A stretch of DNA of 64,000 nucleotides from Eledone cirrhosa (lineage: Eukaryota). The notes under the pieces were generated by a model. That model saw nothing but the letters and a program-made list of their open reading frames with translations. It did not search any database and was not told where the DNA came from. Position 1 is the first letter of the stretch. Each line of letters opens with the position of its first letter. Where the stretch lies: positions 55,862,001 to 55,926,000 of the forward strand of contig OZ024741.1 of the NCBI GenBank assembly GCA_964016885.1. Reading direction: 5' to 3'. Made by a program: the position numbers and the translations under genes. Of this stretch, positions 12,164 through 24,863 are shown one piece after another.

Positions 12164-13906
12164 TTAGCTGTATACTTTGTGAAATGTTTTATGGAATTTA
12201 TGCAAGCAGATAGAAAACAAGTCAGTGCGTCTATTTATTATAGAATCTAGATTAGAGATAATGGTAAACTTTTCATTTAGACAGAGATTGCAGATTTTAG
12301 ATAGAGAACTGTTCAAGTTCAATGAGGAGGCAGAAGAAACCTTCTTCCAAAAGATGCTATATTTAATGTTTTTGTCTTTCAAGGACCATATGAGTTCTGA
12401 GAGAGCCGTGTTAGTTCTTTTAAGTTTGTATTTAAAAGACGAATGACGGTTATAAAGACGAGCTTTAAAAGAGGTGGAAGTGGAGCCAAAATAGGTGAAG
12501 GAATTGGTGTCAGTTATAACTTTACATTCGTAAATTAAGTTTTTATCAAGACAGTGGTTGTTGAGAGGACATTTATTTTTAATAGGGCAATTGCAATTGC
12601 AATTAGAGAGATTATTAATGAGTGACCTAGTGTTATCTATAGAAGGAATTGGATTGGAGAAGTTGTTTGCGATAGGAATAATAGTTTCTTGATTTAGAAT
12701 GGGATTATGAACATTTAGCGAAGTTGTGTTTGACGTTGTATTTGGGTTTGTAGAAATTAGCCTAGGGTTTACAATGACGTCGGGAGTACTATTATTATGA
12801 AATTCAGTGTTGGAAGGAAGAGATTTAGTATTTAGTATTTTATTGTTGTGTTTAGAGATAATGTTGGAAATGTTGGAGGATGTAGAATAAGAAAATTTTA
12901 TGGTGTGTTTGTTAAATATTTTACTATAGATATATGAGGGAGGGAAGCATTTATTTAAGGCACTAAAGAATAATTTAGGAATATTGTTATTAATAGAGAT
13001 GGAGAAAGGAGCATTATACCAGATTATGTTTTTGTATCTAGGTCTTTTATTAAAGTTATTGGAATGATCATGATTAATTATTCTACTGTAATTTCTTCTA
13101 GAATTTGTTTCTTTACTATATTTGATTTTATCAGGATAGCCGGCTTTAGAAAGCGCGTTATTATAGTAATTGGCGTTAGCATCAAAGATGTTTTTATTAG
13201 AAGATAGGTTAGATATTCTTTTTCCAATATTACTAACTATAGCATTCTTGATATTAGTAGGATGGTTAGATTTAAAGTTAACATAATTTAGGTTCTCATA
13301 GTTTTTATGGTAAGGGTAATATAGGCCAGTGTCAAGATTAAGAGATACATCCAAGAAATTAGCTAGTTTGATACTGTTATCAAATTCAATTTTTAGGTTA
13401 TGTTGGTTAAAGAGATTACGTATATTGTTCTTAATAATATTAAGGTTAACTATATTGCAATTTAAGATAGTAAAGAGTCCATCGTCACGATAAATTCCAC
13501 CGCGAAGTTGAGGAATTTTCCGACTCAAAAAGTTCAAAATAAAGATACCAATTAAATCAGTCAATTGGGATGAATCGGATGCTCCCATTGTGATGTCGAA
13601 GTTGTTAGAGGTATCGGCTCTGGTCCAATATTCGTTGTTGAACTCTAGGATGGTTTTACGTGCGGTGAGAATGATGTGAAGTTCATCTGTGGTGATGTCA
13701 GAATATTTAAGTGCGAAAGATAGAGCATTATTGAGAAGTGAAGGCGAAATGGAGGAATAGTAGCTGGCAATATCAAATTGAACAAATTTTAGTTTGTTTT
13801 TATTATTCAATTTGTTGAACCAGCTAATCACTTCAGAAGTACCAAACCATAAATTTAGGTTCAAAGAAGAGCAATTAGAACGAACCTGTGGGATAATTCT
13901 ATCCAA
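12164..13906 (-). CDS. Penelope-type reverse transcriptase plus GIY-YIG endonuclease (partial, 580 aa open)
   Basis: QFDIASYYSSI, FDITMGASDS, GIYRDDG, NFLDVSL, SNHP, CNCPIKNKCPLNNHCL, IYEC..YFG..FKARL, CNLCLNEK. Confidence 0.88.
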   Translation of the reverse strand: MDRIIPQVRSNCSSLNLNLWFGTSEVISWFNKLNNKNKLKFVQFDIASYYSSISPSLLNNALSFALKYSDITTDELHIILTARKTILEFNNEYWTRADTSNNFDITMGASDSSQLTDLIGIFILNFLSRKIPQLRGGIYRDDGLFTILNCNIVNLNIIKNNIRNLFNQHNLKIEFDNSIKLANFLDVSLNLDTGLYYPYHKNYENLNYVNFKSNHPTNIKNAIVSNIGKRISNLSSNKNIFDANANYYNNALSKAGYPDKIKYSKETNSRRNYSRIINHDHSNNFNKRPRYKNIIWYNAPFSISINNNIPKLFFSALNKCFPPSYIYSKIFNKHTIKFSYSTSSNISNIISKHNNKILNTKSLPSNTEFHNNSTPDVIVNPRLISTNPNTTSNTTSLNVHNPILNQETIIPIANNFSNPIPSIDNTRSLINNLSNCNCNCPIKNKCPLNNHCLDKNLIYECKVITDTNSFTYFGSTSTSFKARLYNRHSSFKYKLKRTNTALSELIWSLKDKNIKYSIFWKKVSSASSLNLNSSLSKICNLCLNEKFTIISNLDSIINRRTDLFSICLHKFHKTFHKVYS

Positions 13907-14180
13907 GATGGCTTTACTAACAACCCCCAGATCAGATTTAGAGGGGGCGATTAATCTAACAGGTAGTTAAGTGCGAAAATTGTTTTTGTGATCCTTGAGA
14001 TTTATCCTCGAGTTCTTGGGAGGAATGGTTCTGTCTTTTTTTCAATGCCAAGTTTTGACATAATCTCAGAGGCTTTATTGTACTACAATAAAACTCACCT
14101 CCTACATATATATATAATATATATATATATGGCTGTCTGTGATCTATATACACTGGTCATAGACATACACACACACACAT

Positions 14181-14223
<43 letters not shown>

Positions 14224-14298
14224 CACTCTCACATATATATATATGCACAACACCAACAGCTCTCTCTCTCTCTCTCTTCCATGCTCCTTCTCTGTCTA

Positions 14299-14362
<64 letters not shown>

Positions 14363-15003
14363 CAAATTTATACGGGAACAAAACAGAGAGGCAGACAAAT
14401 AAAGGTTTATTAGGTTCACGCTTTTGAGAGGGGGGTGAGGAACGATGTTTCTGGCATAAGCCCTTCTTCAGGAGTAAATAGGTTAGGAAGAGAGTTCATA
14501 TATATATATATATATATTCAAACAAACAAACAAACATAAGTCTAACCGTCAAGACATGCATGGGCGGCTGTTGCCGCCATTACTCCATTCATTTTTTAAA
14601 TCGTGACGGCGTTCATATTTCTGACATAATTGCTTTATGTTATTACTCATCTACCTTTGAATAATGGCGCAACCTTGACAGCTTTATACTTGAATGAATG
14701 TCTGCATAGTACAGGCAAGTATTCCACAATCAGCAGAAAAGAAATTCGTCTAGAAAAGCAGTTATCTAGATAAAAACTGAAACAGTATAGCGGTGACTCT
14801 TGTGGCAGACAACCCCAATGGTGGTGTTTTGGTCTTTTGAATATTGTATTTATTGTTATTATTGGTTTGGCAGTATCGGTAGATCGTCAGACACCATGCT
14901 TTGCAGCATAGAGTTATGTCCCTTTAAGTTTTGAGCTCAAATCCCGCCGAGGTTAGCTTTGCCTTTCATCCTTGCGGGGTCGATAAAATAAAGCACCAGT
15001 AAT

Positions 15004-16690
15004 GTTCTGTACGTATTGACTCTAGAGCCACTACTGCGGAAGTTGGAGATTTTGCAGGGCAACCCTTTAGAACCGGGACTGCGAAAAGCGGCGTCGGCTT
15101 ATGCCGACGACGTGGCGGTAATGGTGTCGAAAACCTCGGAAATCGAGGTAATCGGCAACTTACTACAGGAATACGAAAGGTTCACAGGAGCAAAACTGAA
15201 CCCGGACAAATCTGTCGGTTTGCAACTCGGAACGTGGAGAGGCAAACCAATGCCGTCCGACAGCGACGTCGGACGCTGGATGGAAGGACCAGTGAAATTG
15301 CTCGGAGTCTGGTTCGGTCCAGACCTCCAGGTGGAGAAAAACTGGAACGAGGTCATGGCCAAGGTATTTGCGCTCACCCAGAAGCTGGCAGAGTGCAAAA
15401 TATCTTTGAAAGATCGAGCGGAGGTGACGAACACTTTCATAGCGTCCGTCATCTACTACCTTGTCCCCATGAATACCTAACCAAGATAGAACACATGCTC
15501 TTCCAGTTCCTGTGGAAGAAGCAGGCTCCACTGGTGAGGAGATCCGTCTGCTGTCAACACCCTTCCAACGGAGGGCTGGGCATGCCGTGGCTAATGATGC
15601 GCAAACATGCGCTGAGGCTACGGAATCTCCAAGTATTCTTCATCGACCATCCGGTGTGGGCACCGTTTGTGAGACAGGCTTTCCCACAACTTGTCTCGCT
15701 GACGGAGCTGCAGTTCTGGGTCAAGCAAAGACCGAAGAAGATGGGCGCCTGGCACATTGAATGCGCCCAGGCGCTCACAGTTCTCTGTCAAGCGGGCACA
15801 GCAATCAGTGGAGACTCCACTTCGACATTCTATAGAGGGTTAGTACTTTACACGTGCGACGACGTGCTCGGGGAGACTCTGGGCGTCTAAGACGACGAGC
15901 TCACCAGTCTGTTTGGTAGGACTTTCCGCCCGAGACCTAAGGACAACTTCCAGAGGTCCCTGGCCTGGCAGTGCTACCGAGGAGCTCTACCCGTTCGAGA
16001 TAAGATCTAGAGGCACGGACGCCCTGGCATGGATCCTTCCAAGAGGACGTGTCCAAGATGCGAGCAGGACATTGAAATCGTCTTGCACGCAATTGTACAC
16101 TGCCCGAGTGTAACCGACCTGTGGAACTACGCAGAACAACTGCTGTCGCGTATGGGACAAATCCAGTTGACTGCCGAGTCCATAGTAAGGATCAAACCAC
16201 CAGCCTCTTTCAAAAACGAAAGAGAGGCGGTTTTCCTCTGTACAGTGGCTATGGTGAAAGAGGTTATACGGTGGACGAGATTGAGAGGACTGAGGACAGA
16301 TGCCTTTCTCTCCGGACAACAATTGATTCCCTTCTTTAAGTATCACTTTAGAAGGAGAATCAGAGTGGAGAGAGAGGCACTGCACCCCAGTAAATTTACC
16401 TGAAAGGTGGGTGAATGAAGCGAAAATGGCCCGAGTGATTGGGCCTTCTCTGTTTATAAGCCTGTAGGTTAAAGAAGAGAGCAAAAGGAAGAAAGGAGCA
16501 CTTGCACAACACGCTCCTGAAGTTGACGGTTGTTCTATCTACGGGGTATTAAACAACCCATTTGTGACGCCTCCCCCCTATTGGGGATTTCGATTGTTAT
16601 AATTGTTTGTTTAATATTTTTACACGATTGTATGTAATATCCCCGGCAGTGTCCTTGTTTTGTCCCCTTTTCTTGTTCGCGCTTGTGGCA
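15004..16690 (+). mobile_element. 5'-truncated L1/Tx1-clade LINE ORF2 remnant
   Basis: LEPLLRKL, SAYADD, GAKLNPDKS, VKLLGVWFG, GGLGMP, C-terminal CPRC..HAIVHC zinc knuckle; frameshifts and stops. Confidence 0.85.
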
Positions 16691-16717
16691 AATATAGAAA
16701 TATATCTATCTATCTAT

Positions 16718-16758
<41 letters not shown>

Positions 16759-17489
16759 CATATATTTATGTGTATGCATATATATATGTGTATATATATA
16801 TAATATGTATATATGGTGGTGGTTGGTGGTGGTGGTGGTTGCGAATGGTACTATCGATAGATCCATAAAGGCTTAGAGAGAAGGGCATGAGGAGATTGAA
16901 AGAGAGGTCGAGAAGAACAGAACAAATATCAGGGAGCTGAAAAAGAAGCTAGACGCCAGGTATTTACAATAAATCAAACAATCAAGTCCCCATAACTTCT
17001 GCAGCCAATTATAGGGGGTTCCATTCTAGAATTATGATTGTATCCTACATGATTAGCGGTGCCTATCTCCTACTATCTGCTGCAACTATTCGCTGAGGAG
17101 CCACTCTATTGGTTTAACAGTGTGTCCCTCGTGATATTTCAATAGACCTTAGAAATGCCTGTCGGTTCCCATCTCTCTAAGTATATACAGATGTGAGAGA
17201 ATTTCAGAGTTGCAAGTTAATTTGTCGGTAGGAATCTAGACGTCGGTATGGAAAAGTATTTAGAAAATGATAGCGCCGTGCTTTCCCTTACTGATACCTG
17301 GATGAAAAGTATGGTGTGATGAATACCGAAATATCTAGATGTCTCCCGCGGAAACATGTAATAAATAGTCCGTGTTTTCTTTATGTTGTATTTTTCCCCG
17401 TTTGTTTAATCCGCATAAACATAAACTTATCGCACCAACTACCAGTTTTAAATATCTCACTGAGATTAATCAAAATTACACTGCCTAGG

Positions 17490-17528
<39 letters not shown>

Positions 17529-17886
17529 GTTTCTACTTTTGGCACAAGGCCAGCAATTATCTCAGTGCATTACTGGTACTTTATTGTAATAATTGCCAGA
17601 GAACGTCTCTATGAACCACCTAATATAACATTAGTCTACGACTTCTTTTATACCAATTGTAATTGTTTTTCACCGCCCCTATTAATGACGTATTATATAC
17701 GTTTTTTCCCGTTCTTTGCCAGAGAACGTTTACACGAACCAAAGTATCGTCTTCCTGTCTTCCTCCGGTTGCAACGTTTTTTGAAATATGCACCTCTGCG
17801 TTCACAGATTGACTTTGTTAGTTTCAAAAGATCCCGTTAAGGGTGAAAGCAGCGATTCTTTGCTTAAACTTTAATCTGTTATTTTA

Positions 17887-17928
<42 letters not shown>

Positions 17929-17967
17929 GATATTAACAAATGGAAACTATATTTATAAAACCATATC

Positions 17968-18032
17968 TATTTTATTATACATATTTCAAGGATACCATGT
18001 TAAATTATGGTATGCTTTCATCAGACAAAATA
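17968..18032 (-). ncRNA. Minimal hammerhead ribozyme in a short Penelope 3' remnant
   Basis: TATTTTGT-CTGATGA-AAGCATACCAT..ATGGTATCCTT-GAAA-TATGTA-TA-ATAAAATA. Confidence 0.75.
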
Positions 18033-18134
18033 CAATATATACCAGTTTTATAAATAAATAAATACTTGTCGAGTGCTTTATATCAGTTATAAAAATATTT
18101 GCTTGTTGTATCCCAACAATTTAAATAGAACTTT

Positions 18135-18202
<68 letters not shown>

Positions 18203-18207
<5 letters not shown>

Positions 18208-18534
18208 TTCCCCGGTATTCGCGGGGATTACGTTCCTACAGCACCTGCGAAATGTGAAAAACCACGAATATTGGACGTGGGCCATAAAAATGCCTATAAA
18301 TATGAAAATATAACGTAAAATATAATTTTTTGCGAAGGGGCGTCCAATATGTCGGGAAATACGGTATATTGTATTAATAATTAAGCGTTAAAAATATATA
18401 TTGCCACGAAAAAAGCCATAAAATGTCGCGGAAGATATTTACGATTCCGTGAATATGTGGTGGTTTCCACGAACAATTATAAGTTAGGTTCTAAGGAAAA
18501 TTCTGCGAATAACAGGGACCGTGAATGCCGGATA

Positions 18535-18539
<5 letters not shown>
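18203..18539. mobile_element. MITE-like element with imperfect terminal inverted repeats, inside (TA)n
   Basis: TAGT..CCGGTATTCGCGG / CCGTGAATGCCGG..ACTA ends; TA tracts on both sides. Confidence 0.55.
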
Positions 18540-18600
<61 letters not shown>

Positions 18601-19654
18601 TTTTATTCAGTTTCTTACAACATAGCTATAACCTTTCGGCAAAGTGAGCAGTTTGTTCATTGAGCTTCTTCATTTATAGAACATTCATTGAATTTTCATT
18701 TTTTTCATTTTTTAGTCAGGAGAAAGTGTAACCCTTTTTATGGCCTCTTATATGTTTGAGAGGAAGGAAGAAAAGTATTCTCAAATCAAAGAACACGGGT
18801 GGACACCGTTAAATGTATCCAAGAGTCAGGTGAAAGTGTTAAATATGGCGACGGATTAAGTCTACCAATCGAGTGAGTCACGGCTGGATTTGGACTTAAG
18901 ACGCTACACACTGGAATAAATACGACAGGACATTTCTGTCCTATGCTCTAGCGAATGTACTAACCCACCGCCTTGATATGGTACTTTATTTATCAACTCC
19001 AGAATTGTGAAGGGACAAATTTGACCTCGGTGCGATTTGAGCTCAGAACACCAGGGCCGGAGCAAATACCGTAAACCCTCTTGTCTGACGCTCTAACGAT
19101 TCCGTCTGTTAACCGCACTAAAATGGAATTTTATCTATCGACTCCTATAAGGATGAAACCTCAGTGCGATTTGAACTCAGAATAGAAAGAGACGGAACAA
19201 ATACCGTAAACACTCTAACGATTCCCTCTGACACAAGACGCTCTAACGCTCTAACGATTCCATCTGGTATTTTATCCATCGACTCCCAGAAGAATGAAAG
19301 TCAAGGTTAACCTCAGTGCGATTTGAACTCAGAATACAAAGAGCCGGAATAAATACCACAAACCATCGCGTCCGATGTTCTGACGATTCAATCTGTCCAT
19401 CGTATTAGACTAGTGCTTATTTAATTTTCTCAGGAAGATGAAATATATTTAAGTCGGTCTCGGTAGAAATTGAACTCAGAACGCAAGGTTTGGGATTAAA
19501 TACCACGTGGTATTTTAGCTGACACTCTAGGAATTTTGCCAATTCTCCGCGTAAAGAGTCCGAACTGAAAAGAAAATCAGCCGTTCCCAAACTGTCGCCC
19601 CCGGGACTACTAGGATCCGCAAAGGGGATAGGTCCATGGGTTTATTTTGAGACA

Positions 19655-19935
19655 TAGCTTTCGAAAAGCCTATGATCTGTAGGGGAACATTTATTTAGAC
19701 AGATCTTTCGAAAAGCCTACGATCCGTAGGAGAACATTCATTTAGACAGATATTTCGAAAAGCCTACGATCCGTAGGAGAACATTCATTTAGACAGATAT
19801 TTCGAAAAGCCTACGATCCGTAGGAGAACATTCATTTAGACAGATATTTCGAAAAGTCTACGATCTGTAGGGGAACATTCATTTAGAAAGATCTTTCGAG
19901 AAGCCTACGATCTGTAGGGGAACATTCATTTAAAT
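19655..19935. repeat. 47-bp tandem repeat, ~6 copies
   Basis: TTCGAAAAG recurs at 19707, 19754, 19801 and onward. Confidence 0.9.
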
Positions 19936-20454
19936 AAAGAGATTTTCCTCATTTAAATTATAGAATAACCAGGAATATTTCTGTTGTTTATTTCTTCAGA
20001 TTATCAACAATATTTCACGTGTACTACACATATGTTTCACTGTCGAACTTTGATCACAAACTTAAACAAGCATAGAAATATATACACAGCACGTTTTCTA
20101 ACATGCCACATTTTTTTACTTTACTTCCCATCACCACTAGACGATCTTATTGTCAGTCTTTGTTTCTTTAGTGTGTCTTTCATTCTTATATTTACCGCCT
20201 GCAACTGAAACAATCACCACAATGGCTCGGTGAGAGCAATGTAATGGTTTATTCACACAACGTTTGGTTTTTATTAGCTACAACTGGTTTGTTTATTGTT
20301 TATAAAAATTAATTATACATTTGGTAGATACACACAAACACACACACACACACACAAGTATATGTATCTGTGTGTGTGTATATACAGTATATATGGTAAT
20401 GTCCTCATTTCCCCAGTTATATTGTGATAATGAAACAACGCCCAAACATCAACC

Positions 20455-20895
20455 ATCTTCTAATCCCACTTATTCCTGGGAAGGTCATGGGGGCAAAGTC
20501 CTCAAACATTCCTTCCAGTAAGTCCTGCCAGGAGTAACCGTCGCCAATTGATCCGGCTGGATCCACAAGCAAAACCAACCAAGCTCATAGATGTTATCCA
20601 ACCCTCTTACTTGGGGTCTAATCCCTGGGTCTCCTACCGGTTGGTTTTGCCTGTAAAATCTGTCCAACGATTCTTTCCTGAGACATTCTAACCACATGCT
20701 CTTAGTATCAGAGCTGTGATCTCTCAATTCGGAGAAATAGTGGCTCTCCCTGGAGTGACTCTCTGATCTCCAAGCTACACACTCTATCGAGTAATCTTAC
20801 TCCAAAATCGCTTCGGAGGAACCCCGTGTCGGCAGCTTGTATTCGCTATCATATTGCTTCGGTAATTACCCAAGATTCATGACTATGAGTAAGGG
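20455..20895 (-). mobile_element. Decayed RTE LINE 3' fragment
   Basis: Inverse of the same family seen at 45590-46320 (GHESWV, QLRYYGH, PVGRRP-type motifs, degraded). Confidence 0.6.
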
Positions 20896-21314
20896 TTGAC
20901 ACGAATACAGAATTGAGGATAGCGAATTTGCCTTTTACTCCGAATTTCAGATTTAGGCACAAGGCCAGTAATTTGTGGGGAAGGGAAAGTCGATTATACC
21001 GACTCGAGTAATTTATTGGTAATTTAATTTATCAACCGCGAAAGGATGAAATACAATGTTGACCTTGGCGAAATTTGAGCTCAGAACGTAATGATGTCTG
21101 ATGCTGTAATGATTCTATATGATTTCTAAAATTTGACAGAAGGCCAGCAATTTGTGAGGCGGGGGAAGTGGATTACACCGACCACAATAGAGATCTCATT
21201 GTCATTGGCCCAGCTCCCTCGAATATCTTGAATGTTGGTGTTACAACTCACACCTATGTAGGTTTAGCTGGCCCCCTCTAAGGTATATCTCGTTGGCGGT
21301 GTCCTGGGTGATTT

Positions 21315-21482
21315 AATAATAGGGACCCCAGTCCTACATCTCATTTCTACAGCTGAATAAACTGGAGCAACGTGAAATAAAGTGTCTTGCTCAAGGAAAC
21401 AACACATCACCCGGTCCGAGAATTGAACTCACAATCTTTCGATTGCAAGCCCAATACTCTAACCACTAAGCCATGCGCCTCT
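21315..21482 (-). mobile_element. tRNA-derived SINE (family A) fragment
   Basis: Inverse of the GGCGCATGGCTTAGTGGTTAGAG..GTTCAATTC head plus the CCTTGAGCAAGACACTT body. Confidence 0.75.
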
Positions 21483-22509
21483 TGAATATCTTGAATACCA
21501 CAGACACATTATAACATGTACAGGGTCGGATTAAACTAACGACAGGGCCTATAGTTTATCTTATAAATGGACCCGAATTTTTTTTTTACTTGTATATTAC
21601 CTGAAAGTTCTAAATGGACTTCTTTCGGTTTCATGAAATTAATGTGTAAGTGTTTGAGCATTCCACAGACACATGTACCCCTAATGCAATTCTCAAAGAT
21701 ATTTATCGGGACACACACCGTGTGCAGCAAGGCGGGCGCTTTGAGTTATAGGTATAGTCCATCGGACAAGCTTCCAAAAGTGTTCGTCTACCGAATTTCA
21801 TTCACAAGACATAGGTCGACCTGGTGCTATGGTAAATAACACCCAAGATGCTACGTATCGAACTTCTTAACCATTCGGCCATGATGTAACACTTGTAAAA
21901 GTACAAGGGAGAAACTAAATAATTCTTCCCTTCAACGTACTGAGTTCAAATCTAGCCGCGGTCAACTTTGCCTTTTAATCTTTCAGGGGTCGATAAAATA
22001 AGTACCAGTCGAGGACGGTGGATTAAGGGTATTGTTACAGGGTTAGACGAGATGCCTTGCGGTATATGTCCCGGTTCTTGGTGTTCTTTGTCCTTGGATG
22101 GTAGACTTAATCCGTCATTTTCCCGGTTTAACACAACCCTATTGTACTTGAGTTCCTTCAGTGGTACCCACTCTGTTGCTGGTGTTTAAGCCATGTTCCC
22201 GGTTAATAACTTCCTACTTTACTCCCACCCATCCTAGAGAGCTAAAAATAACATACTTCCATGTCCTTTACTCCCCACCTACTCTGATTATTCAGCTTAT
22301 ATTTAGTAAATTAGGTTATCTAACATGAAAAAATAACTTCTTGTTAGTTCCGGATGTATTTTTCCTAGTATTTAGGTTTTGTTTACTCATACCTTGAGCA
22401 AGTCTCCTTTCAAACGGGTTTATTGATTTTACCAGAGTCGCTTTTTATTCTTGTTTATCCTTTGTCTATTGTTTCTGTTAAATTTTCTACAATGTCCACT
22501 CTGCTGATT

Positions 22510-23485
22510 CTGTTGTGAGATAGGAGACAAGTGTGTAAGCTATATTGTTGTTGTGAGATAGGAGACAAGTGTGTAAGCTATATTGTTGTTGTGAGATAGG
22601 AGACTGATATGTAAGATATATTGTTGTTGTGAGATAGGAGACTGATATGTAAGATATATTGTTGTTGTGAGATAGGAGACAAGTGTGTAAGCTATATTGT
22701 TGTTGTGAGATAGGAGACTGATATGTAAGCTATATTGTTGTTGTGAGATAGGAGACTGATATGTAAGATATATTGTTGTTGTGAGATAGGAGACTGATAT
22801 GTAAGATATATTGTTGTTGTGAGATAGGAGACTGATATGTAAGATATATTGTTGTTGTGAGATAGGAGACTGATATGTAAGATATATTGTTGTTGTGAGA
22901 TAGGAGACTGATATGTAAGATATATTGTTGTTGTGAGATAGGAGACTGATATGTAAGATATATTGTTGTTGTGAGATAGGAGACTGATATGTAAGATATA
23001 TTGTTGTTGTGAGATAGGAGACTGATATGTAAGATATATTGTTGTTGTGAGATAGGAGACTGATATGTAAGATATATTGTTGTTGTGAGATAGGAGACTG
23101 ATATGTAAGATATATTGTTGTTGTGAGATAGGAGACTGGTATGTAAGATATATTGTTGTTGTGAGATAGGAGACTGATATGTAAGATATATTGTTGTTGT
23201 GAGATAGGAGACTGGTATGTAAGATATATTGTTGTTGTGAGATAGGAGACTGGTATGTAAGATATATTGTTGTTGTGAGATAGGAGACTGGTATGTAAGA
23301 TATATTGTTGTTGTGAGATAGGAGACTGGTATGTAAGATATATTGTTGTTGTGAGATAGGAGACTGATATGTAAGATATATTGTTGTTGTGAGGCAGGTA
23401 TGTAAGCTATATTGTTGTTGTGAGATGTGATACAGGTATCTAAGATAAATTGCTGTTGTGAGATGTGATACAGGTGTGTAAGTTA
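22510..23485. repeat. 38-bp minisatellite, ~24 copies
   Basis: Unit GAGATAGGAGACTGATATGTAAGATATATTGTTGTTGT. Confidence 0.97.
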
Positions 23486-23834
23486 TAGCGAAGGGACTAC
23501 CTTTACGTCTCCACTCGTGTCCGGACTGAATCTCCCTGCGTGATGCTCACTTGTTTCGCGTCTGGCCAGAGAACATAGCAAAACTCACACCCATTCGCTC
23601 CAGTCATCACAAAACGTCCACGCCCTGCCGCGGCCAACTAAGAGACCCGGCCCACTCTTCCGATGTGATATCGCAGGCCCTCATTGCCCCTGCACTTCCG
23701 GTTCCCTAGCTCCACAGTTATCATATGGGAGAATATAATATGAACATAAATATAAATAAAAGAAATATTATTAAGAAAACATAACATAAGAAATAATCGC
23801 TACAACATATATCAGATGACGTGTATTCCTTCCT

Positions 23835-24110
23835 ATGAAGCAATGCGACTATTTTGCTCCCTCCCACATCATGGATGCCACGGTAAATGTGAGGGTCACT
23901 GCTTCCGTTGCCGAACGGAATAAAATCCGAACATACCAAGAACTATCAAACAATTATTTTTTCCAGCCTGTGGCGTTCGAGACTTTTGGAGGAGTTGGGC
24001 CGATGACAGCGAAGTTCTTGTCATCGTTGACGACTCGCCTTACCGAGGTGTCAGGCGATGCCCATGGGGAGTTCAGCGACTTAGCCTCGCCATCACCCGC
24101 GGTAAGCTTC
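23835..24110 (+). mobile_element. Restriction-like endonuclease fragment of a CRE-type non-LTR retrotransposon
   Basis: DYFAPSH..TASVAERNKIRTYQELSNNYFFQPVAFETFGGVGP fits the AE..K..kY..F.P.a.ET.G RLE pattern. Confidence 0.7.
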
Positions 24111-24293
24111 GAGCGTAAAGGAAAAGAATGTTTGTCGATGAATGGACAATTCATCGTTTCTCTTTGTATGAATAAATGACTCCAGAAAGGGGGTGAACAA
24201 TCAAAAATTAACGATCCTTTATTAAATGTGACATTTAATAAATTACCTACAACGTCAATTTAAACATAACTTGTGGGTTAATAAAAAAAAAAG

Positions 24294-24464
24294 TGTCATA
24301 TATTCTCCGGTGCAGGAATAAGCGAATCCTTTCTCGTCTGTTCGTGTCCGCGGTTCGTGAGAAAGCTCCTGGTGTGTGACCGGATGTATCTTGCCCCCCG
24401 CTCTCTGAAAAACCATTAAGGGCAGGCAACTGCTAGTTGCTAAGCGACCATCTCAGTCACTACA
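24294..24464 (+). repeat. 171-bp direct repeat, copy 1 (LTR-like or long target-site duplication)
   Basis: TGTCATAT...CACTACA; 3 substitutions versus copy 2; preceded by A10G. Confidence 0.95.
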
Positions 24465-24863
24465 TTCACCTCGGAGCAGATTTTTTGTCGAAAAATCGAT
24501 AACGATGAAGCGAAGGACCCAAAAGGTAGTTAACAAAATGTAGAAACATGTATCAACAAATTATGAAAGAGGAAAAAAAAAAAAAAAAAATAGGTTCATG
24601 CCTGCAAGCATTAACACAGAAAAATGTACAGCAATAAATGCAAAATGCATTTTTAAAAATACCATTCGCAGTAAAGGGGCCCCATATGCGATAAACAAAA
24701 TAATTGTGCTAGGCAATGAAAATGCCATATGTAGCAAGGTTACAAAAATGCACTGAACAATGAAATGCATTTAAACTGGCAACAGCCGTAATGTTACGGG
24801 ATGTAACGAAAAATAATATATATTGATACCGCCGTAGGCAGTCAGGAGTCAAAAAGCAACACA

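Larger units (their letters stand above)
11070..14105 (-). mobile_element. Penelope-like (Naiad-type) retroelement, 5'-truncated
   Basis: RT plus GIY-YIG ORF, upstream remnant RLIAPSKSDLGVVSKAILDRI, 3' hammerhead, flanked by (TA)n. The 3' boundary is approximate. Confidence 0.85.

Noticed and set aside
12164-13906. Selenocysteine-encoding Naiad element
   Set aside because: Some Naiads use in-frame UGA, but the conserved Cys positions here are ordinary Cys codons in an open frame.
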